From positions 32,001 to 96,000 of the IMG/VR virus record IMGVR_UViG_3300035188_001379: a stretch of DNA of 64,000 nt. One strand, written 5' to 3'. Both the position numbers and the translations under genes were made by a program. The DNA is from a virus. Each line of letters opens with the position of its first letter. Position 1 is the stretch's first letter. The notes beneath the pieces were generated by a model. That model had not been told where the DNA came from and did no database searches. It was given only the letters and a program-made list of their open reading frames with translations. Positions 29,262-38,952 of this stretch are shown piece by piece.

Positions 29262-30266
29262 ATGTCTGACAATAACTACAAAATCACTGACACCCTTCAA
29301 AAGTACTATGACAAGGTTTTTGAAGACGGGAAACTCATGAGTGTTCACATCGGTATGTGGGGTATGGCTGCTAACCTCGTCGAGGAGGATATCAAGCTTA
29401 CCTCTAAACTTCCAGATACTCACAAGCTTGGTAAGAAAATGCTCATCAAGCCTGAGGTGTACAACAGGTTCAAAACAATGGATCAGAAAATCAGGAAGAC
29501 TCTGGAAAAGTCTTCATTCGACTTCCCATTGGCCAAGGCCAACTTCGTACCCAAGTCTAAATATCTTGAGGTGTACACCAAGCTCAACGGTCTGCGTGAT
29601 GAGTATATGCAGATGGTTGAAGAATTCGTAGAAAAATACGAAGACTACAAGAAGGAGGCCATGGACTATTACGAGGAGCACAAAGACACAATCAAGGTAG
29701 AGGATTTAGAAGCCTATTACCCTGCCGCAAACAAAATTCGTAGTAAGTTTTATTGCGACATTGTGTCTTTTGAGGTAAAGATGCCGAAAGAATTCAGTGA
29801 GATCAACCTGCAGGATGAAATTACGCGTGAGCAGATCAACACAGCTGCTCGCGAGAGTGCAGCAGTCAGATACAAAGAAGAGTTCTCGAAGCAGGTTGAT
29901 ATCCATACAGAAAAGCTCAGAAGCTTCATGGAGGAAGCCACCTCTGAACTTCGTACTCGTGTGGCAGAGCACTTCACGGTAGCCCTCGCAAAGATCAACA
30001 AGAGCGAGGTAGTTACTGACAACAGTATTCGTAGAATGTACGAGCAGATTAACGAGTTTCGTGCAGCTAATTTTGCTAACGATACCGCAGTAGAAACTCA
30101 GTTGAACGAGCTTGAGAAGCTGCTAGGAGGAACTAAAGATTTCTCTAAAGATAAAGAGGCTATGAGTGTACTAAAACAGCATCTTGCTAACGTTGTGGAA
30201 GAAGCTAGGAACACTTCAGATGTGTCAGGCGTCAGCGGCCGGTATTTCCGTAATCTTGACGTATAA
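29262..30266 (+). CDS. DUF3150-like coiled-coil protein
   Basis: SVHIGMWG...LGKKMLIKPE...FVP...FYCDIVSF pattern; adjacent to Ycf46-like ATPase. Confidence 0.6.
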   Translation: MSDNNYKITDTLQKYYDKVFEDGKLMSVHIGMWGMAANLVEEDIKLTSKLPDTHKLGKKMLIKPEVYNRFKTMDQKIRKTLEKSSFDFPLAKANFVPKSKYLEVYTKLNGLRDEYMQMVEEFVEKYEDYKKEAMDYYEEHKDTIKVEDLEAYYPAANKIRSKFYCDIVSFEVKMPKEFSEINLQDEITREQINTAARESAAVRYKEEFSKQVDIHTEKLRSFMEEATSELRTRVAEHFTVALAKINKSEVVTDNSIRRMYEQINEFRAANFANDTAVETQLNELEKLLGGTKDFSKDKEAMSVLKQHLANVVEEARNTSDVSGVSGRYFRNLDV

Positions 30267-30562
30267 TGTCTGAAGACTCTAGAGATCTACTGGACCCGCC
30301 AAGGCACGACATGCTAATCGTAAGATTTCATGGCGATGACTTTGATGTGGTATTACCCTACTGCGAGGTTGCTAACGGAGACTTCAACTCTGTAACCGAA
30401 GACAGTATTCACATCACTGTAAATAAAGATAGTAAGACAGAAGCTGTAGCCATGACTTACGCCTCATTTGCAGATGTGGTGGAAAAGACGTTCGATATAA
30501 AAGAAGTCGTAGCTCTAGCAATTCAGCCTAAGGCAAGTTATAACACATTCAAAATACTATGA
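30266..30562 (+). CDS. Hypothetical protein
   Basis: 98 aa, overlapping start/stop with neighbours. Confidence 0.6.
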   Translation: MSEDSRDLLDPPRHDMLIVRFHGDDFDVVLPYCEVANGDFNSVTEDSIHITVNKDSKTEAVAMTYASFADVVEKTFDIKEVVALAIQPKASYNTFKIL

Positions 30563-30951
30563 GTCACAGCGTAAACATCAAAACACAGTTCAAAAACATC
30601 CAAAACCTGCTAGGGCAGTTCACTCAAGCAGGCTGGGCTATCGAGCAAAACACAAAATGCCGCACATATCCTTCCGATCCTAGGCGTGACGAAGTGCATA
30701 CGTATGTGGCTAAGAACCCTAAAAATACTGGGTATGACATAGGGATCGATATTGACTCAGAAGGTAACGCATACTTTGTGTGCGATTTCTTCGACAGCAG
30801 TATTGAAAAACAGCTCGGCCAAAACTTGCAAAATATCAAGCAAGGGTATACATTGACCGAGATTCAGAGGCAGCTAGATGCAGAGAACTTTGCGTACTCT
30901 GTAGAAGAGCTTGCAACTGGAGAGAAAGTCCTAACCGCATACAGAAACTAA
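30559..30951 (+). CDS. DUF1257 (Ycf35-like) protein
   Basis: MSH-x-V-x-IKTQ start, YDIGI...FVCDFF, IKQGY. Confidence 0.7.
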   Translation: MSHSVNIKTQFKNIQNLLGQFTQAGWAIEQNTKCRTYPSDPRRDEVHTYVAKNPKNTGYDIGIDIDSEGNAYFVCDFFDSSIEKQLGQNLQNIKQGYTLTEIQRQLDAENFAYSVEELATGEKVLTAYRN

Positions 30952-30955
30952 CATC

Positions 30956-31243
30956 ATGGAAATTGAAGACAACGGGTTCGAAATCATTAAGTCCAAAGTA
31001 GTCAAAAGCTTAAAAGACTTTTTGATCAAAGATACACTAGCTAAGACAGGTGAAACTCCTGTCGTTTGTGAGATGCACGTGCCTTATCACCAGGTCTCAG
31101 CTGATAAAGATGAGACTGGTACTGCACAGGCGGTAATTACCTATGTGGTAAACTACATCAAAGAAAGAAAGCACACAGTGCGTGTAAAGTTCCAGTATGA
31201 CGCCAAAGGCAAAGTAGATAGAAGCTCGCTTGTATATGTCTAA
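30956..31243 (+). CDS. Hypothetical protein
   Basis: 95 aa in operon. Confidence 0.6.
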   Translation: MEIEDNGFEIIKSKVVKSLKDFLIKDTLAKTGETPVVCEMHVPYHQVSADKDETGTAQAVITYVVNYIKERKHTVRVKFQYDAKGKVDRSSLVYV

Positions 31244-31436
31244 AAAAATAGTATTTAAGGTAGGTAAAGACGGTAACGCACAGATTGAATCTGTGGAAGG
31301 CTTCGGCTTTACTTGTTTAGACGCTACTAAATTCCTCGAGCATGCCCTAGGAGCAGCCGATGAGAGCAGCAGACGGTTGACAGACGAATACAATCAGCCT
31401 CTGGACGTTTCTGAGGAGCAGCACCTGCGGCACTAG
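31236..31436 (+). CDS. DUF2997-like protein
   Basis: IVFKVGKDG...VEGFGFTCLDATKFLEHALG...LTDEY. Confidence 0.75.
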   Translation: MSKKIVFKVGKDGNAQIESVEGFGFTCLDATKFLEHALGAADESSRRLTDEYNQPLDVSEEQHLRH

Positions 31437-31438
31437 CC

Positions 31439-31690
31439 ATGCTCACGACGATATACATCGACAAGCATGGTGATATAGTAGGTCTTGCTGACGACGTTAT
31501 TGATAAACTTAGGCTAGGTACCAAAGATGTTAAGCGTGTTTCTAACGTGGAGTTTGATCACGCTCAACAGTTATGGGTAGCCACAGACCTTGAAGGCAGG
31601 GTCATAGCGTCAGATCCTATTCGTAGCCGTGTAATAGACCTAGAAAGAGAATATTTCAACAGCTCTATCGAGCTCTCTTTCTCTAAGTAA
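31439..31690 (+). CDS. Small protein typical of Ycf46/DUF1257/DUF2997 clusters
   Basis: IYIDKHG...LG...RVSNVEFD...WVA...RS...E pattern. Confidence 0.6.
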   Translation: MLTTIYIDKHGDIVGLADDVIDKLRLGTKDVKRVSNVEFDHAQQLWVATDLEGRVIASDPIRSRVIDLEREYFNSSIELSFSK

Positions 31691-31703
31691 TTCCCCCACA
31701 AAC

Positions 31704-31742
31704 AGCCTGGCTGGGTCCAATTCCCGGTCAGGCTTTTTATTT
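31704..31742 (+). terminator. Intrinsic terminator
   Basis: AGCCTGGCTGGG-loop-CCCGGTCAGGCT followed by T run. Confidence 0.85.
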
Positions 31743-31743
31743 T

Positions 31744-32094
31744 ATGGAAAAAATACGTTTAGAGATACTTTTATTTGACCTTTTAAACCTAGGGCGTGTG
31801 AACATTGTTGAGCTGGTAAAAGACGGCGACATGTACTCGCTGTATGAAAATTATGGAGACAGAGAGTCTTCAGATTTGATTAATCACTGGGTAGAGTCTC
31901 ACAACAACCTAGAGGTTGCGCTAGCCAGATTCGAGGGGCTGGTAGCAGCACTACAAATGATAGGCTATAGGTTACCCAGCAATGGAGAAGAGTTGCAACT
32001 GCCAGGATACCGCACAAGCTATGCAGAAAAACAGCAGCTGCTTGAGAACTTGGCTATACACACTAACCCAGGGCATAGACTACTAGATGTATGA
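31744..32094 (+). CDS. Hypothetical protein
   Basis: 116 aa ORF. Confidence 0.6.
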   Translation: MEKIRLEILLFDLLNLGRVNIVELVKDGDMYSLYENYGDRESSDLINHWVESHNNLEVALARFEGLVAALQMIGYRLPSNGEELQLPGYRTSYAEKQQLLENLAIHTNPGHRLLDV

Positions 32095-32642
32095 TTGAAT
32101 CAGTTACAATTACTAATCTTGCTGAAGCAAAACACAGGCCGTTTCAAAAAGACTTGCAGCAGGATATATGGGTTACGGTGATAGACCCTGAGGATGAGCC
32201 CAAGATTAAAAAAATGCACACGCGGTTTGCCAAGATCAGCGTAAAACATCATTTCCAGTTTTTCAGAGACTGGAGTGACGAAGATTCTGAATCGTACATT
32301 CAGGAGAGACTTGAGACTGAGGGACCGCAAGAAAGGCATATCAATAGCATTATTAGCTTTTTAGATTTTTACACCACTGACAATGCAGCTCATCACCTGG
32401 GAGTTAATTGCTATGCAGGCATTAGCCGCAGTTCAGCGATAGGAGTTATCGCGTGGGTTATGCAAGGCAAGACCGCTGAAGAAGCGCTAGCTGAAGTTTT
32501 AAGAGTTAATCCTATATCTTGGCCTAATCTACGTATACTTAGGCTGGCGAGTGCTAGACTAGGTAAAAACATCATGACTCCAGTTCTTGACTGGAAAAAA
32601 CGACAAAGCGAAAGAGGAATTATAAATCCATTTGAACTATGA
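32091..32642 (+). CDS. Cys-dependent protein-tyrosine/dual-specificity phosphatase-like protein
   Basis: P-loop VNCYAGISRS (CX5R), WPN motif. Confidence 0.8.
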   Translation: MIESVTITNLAEAKHRPFQKDLQQDIWVTVIDPEDEPKIKKMHTRFAKISVKHHFQFFRDWSDEDSESYIQERLETEGPQERHINSIISFLDFYTTDNAAHHLGVNCYAGISRSSAIGVIAWVMQGKTAEEALAEVLRVNPISWPNLRILRLASARLGKNIMTPVLDWKKRQSERGIINPFEL

Positions 32643-32959
32643 ACGCAAAAGAAGAGCTGCTCATGACGTTGCAGCAGACAGACAATCTCAATAACGTCAA
32701 ATGTGTCTATATCTATAAAGAGACGGACTTTTACAACATAAGCAATATTGCTGTGTTGAAGTTGGGCTACTCAGAGGAAGATTGGCAAAAATTCCTTGAA
32801 GCCCTTGATTTTACCTACGACCACGGCTATGGCTCTCAAGAGCTGTTCGGTAACGTGTGGTTCAAGGACGGCTCATGGCTGTCTCGAGCAGAATATGACG
32901 GCTCTGAGTGGTGGAATCACTCCACATGCCCAGAGATTCCTGAAGAATGCCTCCAGTAA
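32639..32959 (+). CDS. Conserved phage hypothetical protein
   Basis: LDFTYDHGYGSQELFGNVWF...EYDGSEWW. Confidence 0.7.
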   Translation: MNAKEELLMTLQQTDNLNNVKCVYIYKETDFYNISNIAVLKLGYSEEDWQKFLEALDFTYDHGYGSQELFGNVWFKDGSWLSRAEYDGSEWWNHSTCPEIPEECLQ

Positions 32960-32977
32960 TCGTTAAGTATTTGAGCT

Positions 32978-33637
32978 ATGGAAAACTACTCAAAAGCAGA
33001 AAAGCTAAGGGTGGCGACAACCGCTCGCTGGAATGATCCCACGCAAAGAGCGCGCATGGTGGACGGAATTAATAAACCTGAGGTAGCTGAAAAGCGTAGT
33101 AAAAGCATGAAAGCTTGCTGGGCCGACCCACAGAAACGAGAAGCTTGGCTTGCAAAGAATGTTTTTCATACACATGCGCCTGAAACACTAGCTAAAATCA
33201 AGGCATCGTTCTCAACAGAGGAAGTAAAGCAGAAGTTTCGAGAAAACGGCAGAAGGATGGCGAATAAGCCAGAATTTAAAGCTTACGCGTTGAAAGGGGC
33301 CAAGAGCCCAAAGAAGGGAGAAAAAACAAAGCGCAATAGTGAAAAGCATCCGAGGGCTGCACATGTTGTGCTGAGGGACCCTAGCGGTAGAGTTTGGCAT
33401 GTTAGAAATATACTTAAGTTTGTCAGAGAAAATGAGCATTTGTTTGCTCCTGAAGACGTAGCATGGACAGGTCCATACTTATCTCAATGCAGGATAGCTA
33501 AACAACTTAGTAATTTGTGGAGTAAAAAACCGCAAACAACAGTCAAAGGTTGGACCTTGGTAAGCAAAATTGAAAAGGTTTACAACAACGGAGAAGACTT
33601 AATTGAAAGACAACAATATGACATTTATAGCATTTAG
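32978..33637 (+). CDS. Homing-endonuclease-type DNA-binding repeat protein (NUMOD-like), no nuclease motif seen
   Basis: Repeated W-x-D-P-x-x-R helices; C-terminal LRDPSG...KGWT. Confidence 0.5.
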   Translation: MENYSKAEKLRVATTARWNDPTQRARMVDGINKPEVAEKRSKSMKACWADPQKREAWLAKNVFHTHAPETLAKIKASFSTEEVKQKFRENGRRMANKPEFKAYALKGAKSPKKGEKTKRNSEKHPRAAHVVLRDPSGRVWHVRNILKFVRENEHLFAPEDVAWTGPYLSQCRIAKQLSNLWSKKPQTTVKGWTLVSKIEKVYNNGEDLIERQQYDIYSI

Positions 33638-34721
33638 CGACCAGCATCTCGAAAAGAAATTGTTCAATATTCCTGAGCTTGAGCAGGACCTCAGGGACCT
33701 GTTCGAGATGGTTATTGATAAAGCCCTAGAGCTTAAAGTTGATTACCTTGTTAGCGTGGGTGACCTGTTTGACCACAATAAACCCAGCAGCGATACAATT
33801 AACTTTGTAACTAAACAACTCAAACGCCTAGAAGGTGTTACAATTCCTGTCGCATTGGCTGGAGACCATAGCAAGCCCATCAATGGGTCTACATGGGAGA
33901 CAGTATGCGGTTTTAAACCGATCAATGACGTGCCTGAGTTTGTGGGTGTCGATTATAGCGACAATCCTAGCGATATAATCACGCTAATTAACCACGAATT
34001 GAACAAGAAACCAAAAGACTCTGTTTTGTGTTTATTTATGCACCAGCAGATTCCTGAGCTCTGGCCGTTCTGTGAAGAGAAAAAAACCGTAAGCCTTAAA
34101 GATTTAGATTTCTCTAATCAGTGCGCTAGCCTTCGTGGAATATTTCTAGGAGACATCCATATCAGAAGGCAAGCACGCTTTCATAGCCCTGATTGTGAGA
34201 AAGAATTATTTATCGGCTATTGCGGTAGCCTTGGCGTAACTGCGACCAACGAAACAGAGAAGGAAGGCTTGTACTATTTCGATGGCGAAAAGCTAAGAAA
34301 TATTTCATACGACCTGCCGAGGCAGTACATTGTTGTTGATGTATTTCCTGATAATCTTGAAGAAATAACTCAGTCTGCGAGATACGCTGCATATAAGCTA
34401 GGACCAAACCGTCCTGTGTTTGTTGTAAAGTTACATGACGGTGTAGATGTCGGAAATAAGCTTAATTTCTTATATGATATAGGCTTTGTACGCACAAGCA
34501 GAGTTAAGAAAACCGAAGAAGGAGCGGAAGAAATGATAAATATCCGCTCAGAGCTAAAAACAGCAGATCGTATTAGCGGCGTTTTAAAAGATCTCACGCA
34601 TAACATTGAGTATGGTGATGTTGTGTATGACCTAGCCTACCGACTGCTGACTTCCGCTGAAACTAAAACAATCCTAGATCATTTCAAAGCAAATATCTAT
34701 GAGCCTAGACAAAGCAATTAA
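33618..34721 (+). CDS. sbcD: SbcD/Mre11 (gp47-like) nuclease
   Basis: SDQH, GDLFD, GDH, GDIH, YCGS metallophosphoesterase motifs. Confidence 0.85.
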   Translation: MTFIAFSDQHLEKKLFNIPELEQDLRDLFEMVIDKALELKVDYLVSVGDLFDHNKPSSDTINFVTKQLKRLEGVTIPVALAGDHSKPINGSTWETVCGFKPINDVPEFVGVDYSDNPSDIITLINHELNKKPKDSVLCLFMHQQIPELWPFCEEKKTVSLKDLDFSNQCASLRGIFLGDIHIRRQARFHSPDCEKELFIGYCGSLGVTATNETEKEGLYYFDGEKLRNISYDLPRQYIVVDVFPDNLEEITQSARYAAYKLGPNRPVFVVKLHDGVDVGNKLNFLYDIGFVRTSRVKKTEEGAEEMINIRSELKTADRISGVLKDLTHNIEYGDVVYDLAYRLLTSAETKTILDHFKANIYEPRQSN

Positions 34722-34914
34722 CCATGGAAAAGAATATCGTAAGCCTTACTATGGCAGCAGTAGGCATGACCCTACTTGTCGTCCGCATGGAGGGTGCCCA
34801 CACTGCACCAACAACAGAGCCCATAAAAATAGAGCTAGAGCGGCTGGAGCCAGAGAGGAATCCTTATATTGGGAAACCGAAGAGTCTAAACAACGTAGCC
34901 AAGAAACCGATTAA
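34699..34914 (+). CDS. Small conserved Cys/His phage protein
   Basis: KAINHGKEYRKPY...CRPHGGCPHCTNNR. Confidence 0.7.
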   Translation: MSLDKAINHGKEYRKPYYGSSRHDPTCRPHGGCPHCTNNRAHKNRARAAGAREESLYWETEESKQRSQETD

Positions 34915-34964
34915 ATCTAACAGCTTGCACCTCATCGTGCAGTGCTAGAAATCCAAAAATAAAA

Positions 34965-35234
34965 ATGAAAACACTAGCAGTATTTTCGATCGCTGCGCTA
35001 GGGCTTATGCCTATAGCAGCTAAATTTGTAAATAAACCTAAAAAAGAGTATGTCGCTCATTTTGAAATTGAGTTCGAGGTACCTGCAGAGCAGCCTCTAG
35101 CTGCACTTCAGGAAGAAACCACAGCGCTGTTTGGTCGTCATTGCGTCGACTGTAGCGCAGGTATGTACTCTATGCGAGAGGATGGATTAAAACGCTGTTC
35201 TGCTTGTGGCAACGCTGATCCAGAACAACGATAG
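34965..35234 (+). CDS. Hypothetical protein with signal-like N-terminus and Zn finger
   Basis: CVDC...CSAC. Confidence 0.55.
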   Translation: MKTLAVFSIAALGLMPIAAKFVNKPKKEYVAHFEIEFEVPAEQPLAALQEETTALFGRHCVDCSAGMYSMREDGLKRCSACGNADPEQR

Positions 35235-35237
35235 CGT

Positions 35238-35438
35238 ATGGCTATATTGAGCAAAAAAGGAGTCACTCCGAACATGGAGTTCAAATGTAGTGATTGTGGA
35301 GACACCACTACTGGAAAAGATGTACTGGAAGGCGCTTACCTACATATCGTTGAAATAAATCCAGTAAACCGTATGGAGTCCTTGTTCAGATGCGAGTGCT
35401 GTCACGAAGACAGATACGAAGACTGTAACTGTGAATGA
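35238..35438 (+). CDS. Small Zn-finger protein
   Basis: CSDC...CECC. Confidence 0.6.
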   Translation: MAILSKKGVTPNMEFKCSDCGDTTTGKDVLEGAYLHIVEINPVNRMESLFRCECCHEDRYEDCNCE

Positions 35439-35707
35439 CTATGTGTGTTCATGTATATAATAAAGACACCAAGTCTTACGCAGGCACTCCCTACGAGTTT
35501 GCAGACATGCTGAATATACCTATTAGTGCATTGCCTGTAGACAACGCGTATAACCAACTGATTCCTGAAAATTGCTTGTGTCAGGTAGATATTGAAAAAG
35601 CATGTAAGTTGGCTGGTTACAACTACACAGAAAACTCAGACTTTGAGCCTGTGATTTCCAAGAAAACCCAAGAAGAAATCCTAAAATCAATCAGAACGTC
35701 GAAATGA
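35435..35707 (+). CDS. Hypothetical protein
   Basis: ATGA overlaps both sides. Confidence 0.6.
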   Translation: MTMCVHVYNKDTKSYAGTPYEFADMLNIPISALPVDNAYNQLIPENCLCQVDIEKACKLAGYNYTENSDFEPVISKKTQEEILKSIRTSK

Positions 35708-36081
35708 ATACGAAAGAAGAATGTCTTGCTTTCCTAGATAAAATAGAGGAAGAGATCAACAACCATACATGGGAGCCTCAAGCCGACGAGTGCGATGAGT
35801 TAATACCCCACCAGGACTTTTTAACAGTCTTAGCCGATTTCAATATCCCTGCTCCTAGTTATGTAGATCGTGATGGAGTCTATCTTCCCGAAGGTTGGCT
35901 ATCTTCACATGATCCAGAAACTTCAGAAGACTACAAACAGGTAGCTGAAAAGTATTTTGAAATTTACACAACTCTACGTGAAGAAGTTTCTAAAGAGCTT
36001 GAAGCTTTTCGTATAGAGGCAGAACGAGATGAACGTGACGCTCATGCTGAGTTTTATAGGCTTGTAGGCTGGAGGAAATAA
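35704..36081 (+). CDS. Hypothetical acidic protein
   Basis: 125 aa, coupled. Confidence 0.6.
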   Translation: MNTKEECLAFLDKIEEEINNHTWEPQADECDELIPHQDFLTVLADFNIPAPSYVDRDGVYLPEGWLSSHDPETSEDYKQVAEKYFEIYTTLREEVSKELEAFRIEAERDERDAHAEFYRLVGWRK

Positions 36082-36082
36082 T

Positions 36083-36280
36083 ATGTACGTAATTGAATCT
36101 CAATCAGGAGTGAACGCATTTAAAACATGCACACTAGGTACAGGCAAGACTGAGGCAGAAGCATGGCTGGATGCATTAGGTCCAAAGCCTTGGTCGGATT
36201 ACACGAAAAAAGTGAAAAAGAACTATAGCTGTAGAAAGCTTGAAGAAGGCGAAGAGCCATCTCATAGCTACGAAGACTAA
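36083..36280 (+). CDS. Hypothetical protein
   Basis: 65 aa, coupled. Confidence 0.55.
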   Translation: MYVIESQSGVNAFKTCTLGTGKTEAEAWLDALGPKPWSDYTKKVKKNYSCRKLEEGEEPSHSYED

Positions 36281-36281
36281 T

Positions 36282-36554
36282 ATGCTTACCGAACCTGTTA
36301 CGAAAAAATCTTTAATCGTACAGTGCAAAAAGCCGAAAGCTGTTAAGTGGCGAGACTATATGGTGTGTCGCGACAGCATGGACGCGGTACAGATCATGGA
36401 TCAGATATACCAAAGCGGATATCCCGAGCTCCACACCTATAACATACGACTGATCAGTAGGTATGTTGTCGAGCAGCCATTGAACATACATACAGACGAT
36501 GTGTGCGCACATGCAGACATGCTGGGTATACCTGAAAATTGCAACGGCCGCTGA
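36282..36554 (+). CDS. Small protein, family A
   Basis: KWRDYM motif shared with next ORF. Confidence 0.6.
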   Translation: MLTEPVTKKSLIVQCKKPKAVKWRDYMVCRDSMDAVQIMDQIYQSGYPELHTYNIRLISRYVVEQPLNIHTDDVCAHADMLGIPENCNGR

Positions 36555-36556
36555 AA

Positions 36557-36799
36557 ATGCTACGAAATAAAGGTATGAATATTCAAGCGGAAACCATATA
36601 CGCACTACAAAGAAAGCATAGGCGTAAAAACAGCGAGTGGAGGGACTATATGTACTTTAACGATCACGATCGTGCAATGTCTCAGTATCATGACATGCTA
36701 GCCCGCCCTATACATCACGACTTGCAAAGCTACCCAAAGCTAAGAGTCATATTTAAAGAAGTTAGAGAGTTGCAATTAATTTCAAATGATCAGGAATAA
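36557..36799 (+). CDS. Small protein, family A
   Basis: EWRDYM motif. Confidence 0.6.
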   Translation: MLRNKGMNIQAETIYALQRKHRRKNSEWRDYMYFNDHDRAMSQYHDMLARPIHHDLQSYPKLRVIFKEVRELQLISNDQE

Positions 36800-37712
36800 A
36801 GGTGTGTGTTGTATCGTACTTGCATTGGAGGAAAATGACCCTCCACTCAAGTTCAGAACAATGACCTATAAACGCTTCAGCTCTTTGCACAGGGATGAAG
36901 CGTTGACTAAGCTTGGAGATGTCATCTTAAACAATCTCCTAGTTACAGAGAAAGCCATCGAATACTGCGGTATTCACAGGCACAACTACAGGTTGAGTAG
37001 TGATATATTTCCGCTGATGACCTATGATAAGGCACACATCTCATTTAGTGAGCTGCCTCAGGTAGATGAGATATTTCAAAGTATGGACAGCATCAAGATG
37101 ACTAGGCTGTACCATAATGTTAGATTGAGCAGTCATCCCGATCAGTTCAATGTTTTGGCTAGTCCTAACTCTGATGCGGTGGACCGCACTATACGTGAAC
37201 TAGAGTTTCAAGGTAAGTTCATGACATGGATAGGATGCTCTCTAGATTACAACTCGCCGATAAACATTCATGTCAACCGAAGCGCTCAGTCTGATGATGC
37301 TCGCAAGAGTGTGAGAGATTTGTTCTACAAGAACTTTGAAAGACTGTCAGACAATGTCAAAAAGCGTTTAGTGCTAGAGAACGACGACAAAGCTGCAGGA
37401 TGGACAGTTGCAGAATTGTTTGATTATTTCGATAGGCCTGAAATACCAATAACATTCGATTATTTACATCATAAATGTCACCCAGGGGCAGGGTATTTCG
37501 CACAGGAAGCGCAGGCTTTTCTATTAGCTCACGATACCTGGAGAGCTAGAGCACACATTACTCCATTGTTTCATTATAGCGAAAGCATTCCTGGAAATAA
37601 AAATCCTAGGAAGCATAGCGATTATGCAACAACACTACCTGACACCTACGGACAAACAATTGACTTGGACTTCGAATTCAAAATGAAGGAGAAATCTTTT
37701 CAAAACTTATGA
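36786..37712 (+). CDS. uvsE: UV damage endonuclease
   Basis: YRLSSDIFP, RLSSHPDQFNVLAS, LVLENDDK, FDYLHH, HYSES, HSDY. Confidence 0.95.
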   Translation: MIRNKGVCCIVLALEENDPPLKFRTMTYKRFSSLHRDEALTKLGDVILNNLLVTEKAIEYCGIHRHNYRLSSDIFPLMTYDKAHISFSELPQVDEIFQSMDSIKMTRLYHNVRLSSHPDQFNVLASPNSDAVDRTIRELEFQGKFMTWIGCSLDYNSPINIHVNRSAQSDDARKSVRDLFYKNFERLSDNVKKRLVLENDDKAAGWTVAELFDYFDRPEIPITFDYLHHKCHPGAGYFAQEAQAFLLAHDTWRARAHITPLFHYSESIPGNKNPRKHSDYATTLPDTYGQTIDLDFEFKMKEKSFQNL

Positions 37713-37981
37713 CAGAAGAAACAAGAGCAAACCTAACGGTACGTGCTAGAGTGCATGTTGACTATACGGATGGGTCTACTGGCTGGACTAACTGGTTCTG
37801 CTTAAGCCCTAGGGTAGTTTACAGCTACGGACCAAATAAAAGATATAAAACTGAGCAGCTGGCTATAGATGCAGTTCATCGAAAGATAGCTAAGTTGCAA
37901 CAAATGGATTCTTTGGCAAATATTGTAAGAGAATTCAAAGCTGTGAGAATTGTATCGCAGTCAACCTACGAAGACTTATGA
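37709..37981 (+). CDS. Small protein, family A
   Basis: YGPNKRY...REFKAV...TYEDL. Confidence 0.7.
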   Translation: MTEETRANLTVRARVHVDYTDGSTGWTNWFCLSPRVVYSYGPNKRYKTEQLAIDAVHRKIAKLQQMDSLANIVREFKAVRIVSQSTYEDL

Positions 37982-38253
37982 TCTTTAAACAAACAGAAAA
38001 AACGCACCTCGCTGTATTCATAAGAGTCTATATAGATCTTGCGACGGATCCTGGATGGGGTGCTTGGCATATCGCTCATCCTGTGCAGAGGTACTATTAC
38101 GGCCCCATGGAAAGGTATGCGGATATAGATGCAGCTATGGATGTTGCGCAGCGAAGGTTGATTAAACAACAAGCAGCATACTCAAATAACCCATATCGAA
38201 GAGAGTTCAAGATAGCTAAAGTCACAACCCTAACAACCTACGAAGACGTATGA
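37978..38253 (+). CDS. Small protein, family A
   Basis: YGPMERY...REFKIA...TYEDV. Confidence 0.7.
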   Translation: MIFKQTEKTHLAVFIRVYIDLATDPGWGAWHIAHPVQRYYYGPMERYADIDAAMDVAQRRLIKQQAAYSNNPYRREFKIAKVTTLTTYEDV

Positions 38254-38600
38254 GTACTACTAAATTATACAAAGCCACATATCATACTGTGCTGTATACC
38301 GCGGACGACCATCCGCAAGCTATAGCTAGAGAGTTAGCAAGCGAGTCATCTCCATACACATATCAAGAAGAGTCTATAGAGGAAATTCTTTCCGAAGAAG
38401 ACCTTCCTGAAGGATGGGAGACGATGCACTACCCAATTATTAATGAAAATGGAAGTTTTGCTGACTGGAATATTCGCACAATTCTACAAAAGGGAGCAGA
38501 AACCTTTAAGCTAAAAAAGCGTCTTAGAGAATTGGAGAAAGAACTTGAAGAAACAAAAAGGCAACTAGAGCTGAGACAAAATGACCAAAGAAAACCATAA
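38250..38600 (+). CDS. Small protein, family B
   Basis: KLYKAT...EEILSEEDLPEGW; C-terminal coiled coil. Confidence 0.7.
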   Translation: MSTTKLYKATYHTVLYTADDHPQAIARELASESSPYTYQEESIEEILSEEDLPEGWETMHYPIINENGSFADWNIRTILQKGAETFKLKKRLRELEKELEETKRQLELRQNDQRKP

Positions 38601-38946
38601 GAAGCTGTTCAAAATCACTGCGACCACAGTGATCCTAGCCGACAGTGTGGAACATGTGTCAAACGCCCTTGCAGACAACAATGCAGATATTTGGGCATTT
38701 GAAGACAGCGCTATAGAAGAGGTACGCTCTTTAAGTGACCTGCCTGATGGGTGGGCACAGTATAGTTGTCCTGCAGTAGCTGATAAAGTGTACACCGCAG
38801 ACCCTTGGGCCAACGCAGCCATTGTCTCATTATTAGAAGCTGCGGCAATTGTACCCAAGCCCACAGAAGAAAGAATCACCGAGCTTGAGAAAGAAGTCGA
38901 AAGCTTGAAACAGCTATTGAAAAGACATGCATTGACAAGCCTTTAG
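38581..38946 (+). CDS. Small protein, family B
   Basis: KLFKIT...EEVRSLSDLPDGW; C-terminal coiled coil. Confidence 0.7.
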   Translation: MTKENHKKLFKITATTVILADSVEHVSNALADNNADIWAFEDSAIEEVRSLSDLPDGWAQYSCPAVADKVYTADPWANAAIVSLLEAAAIVPKPTEERITELEKEVESLKQLLKRHALTSL

Positions 38947-38952
38947 AAAATT

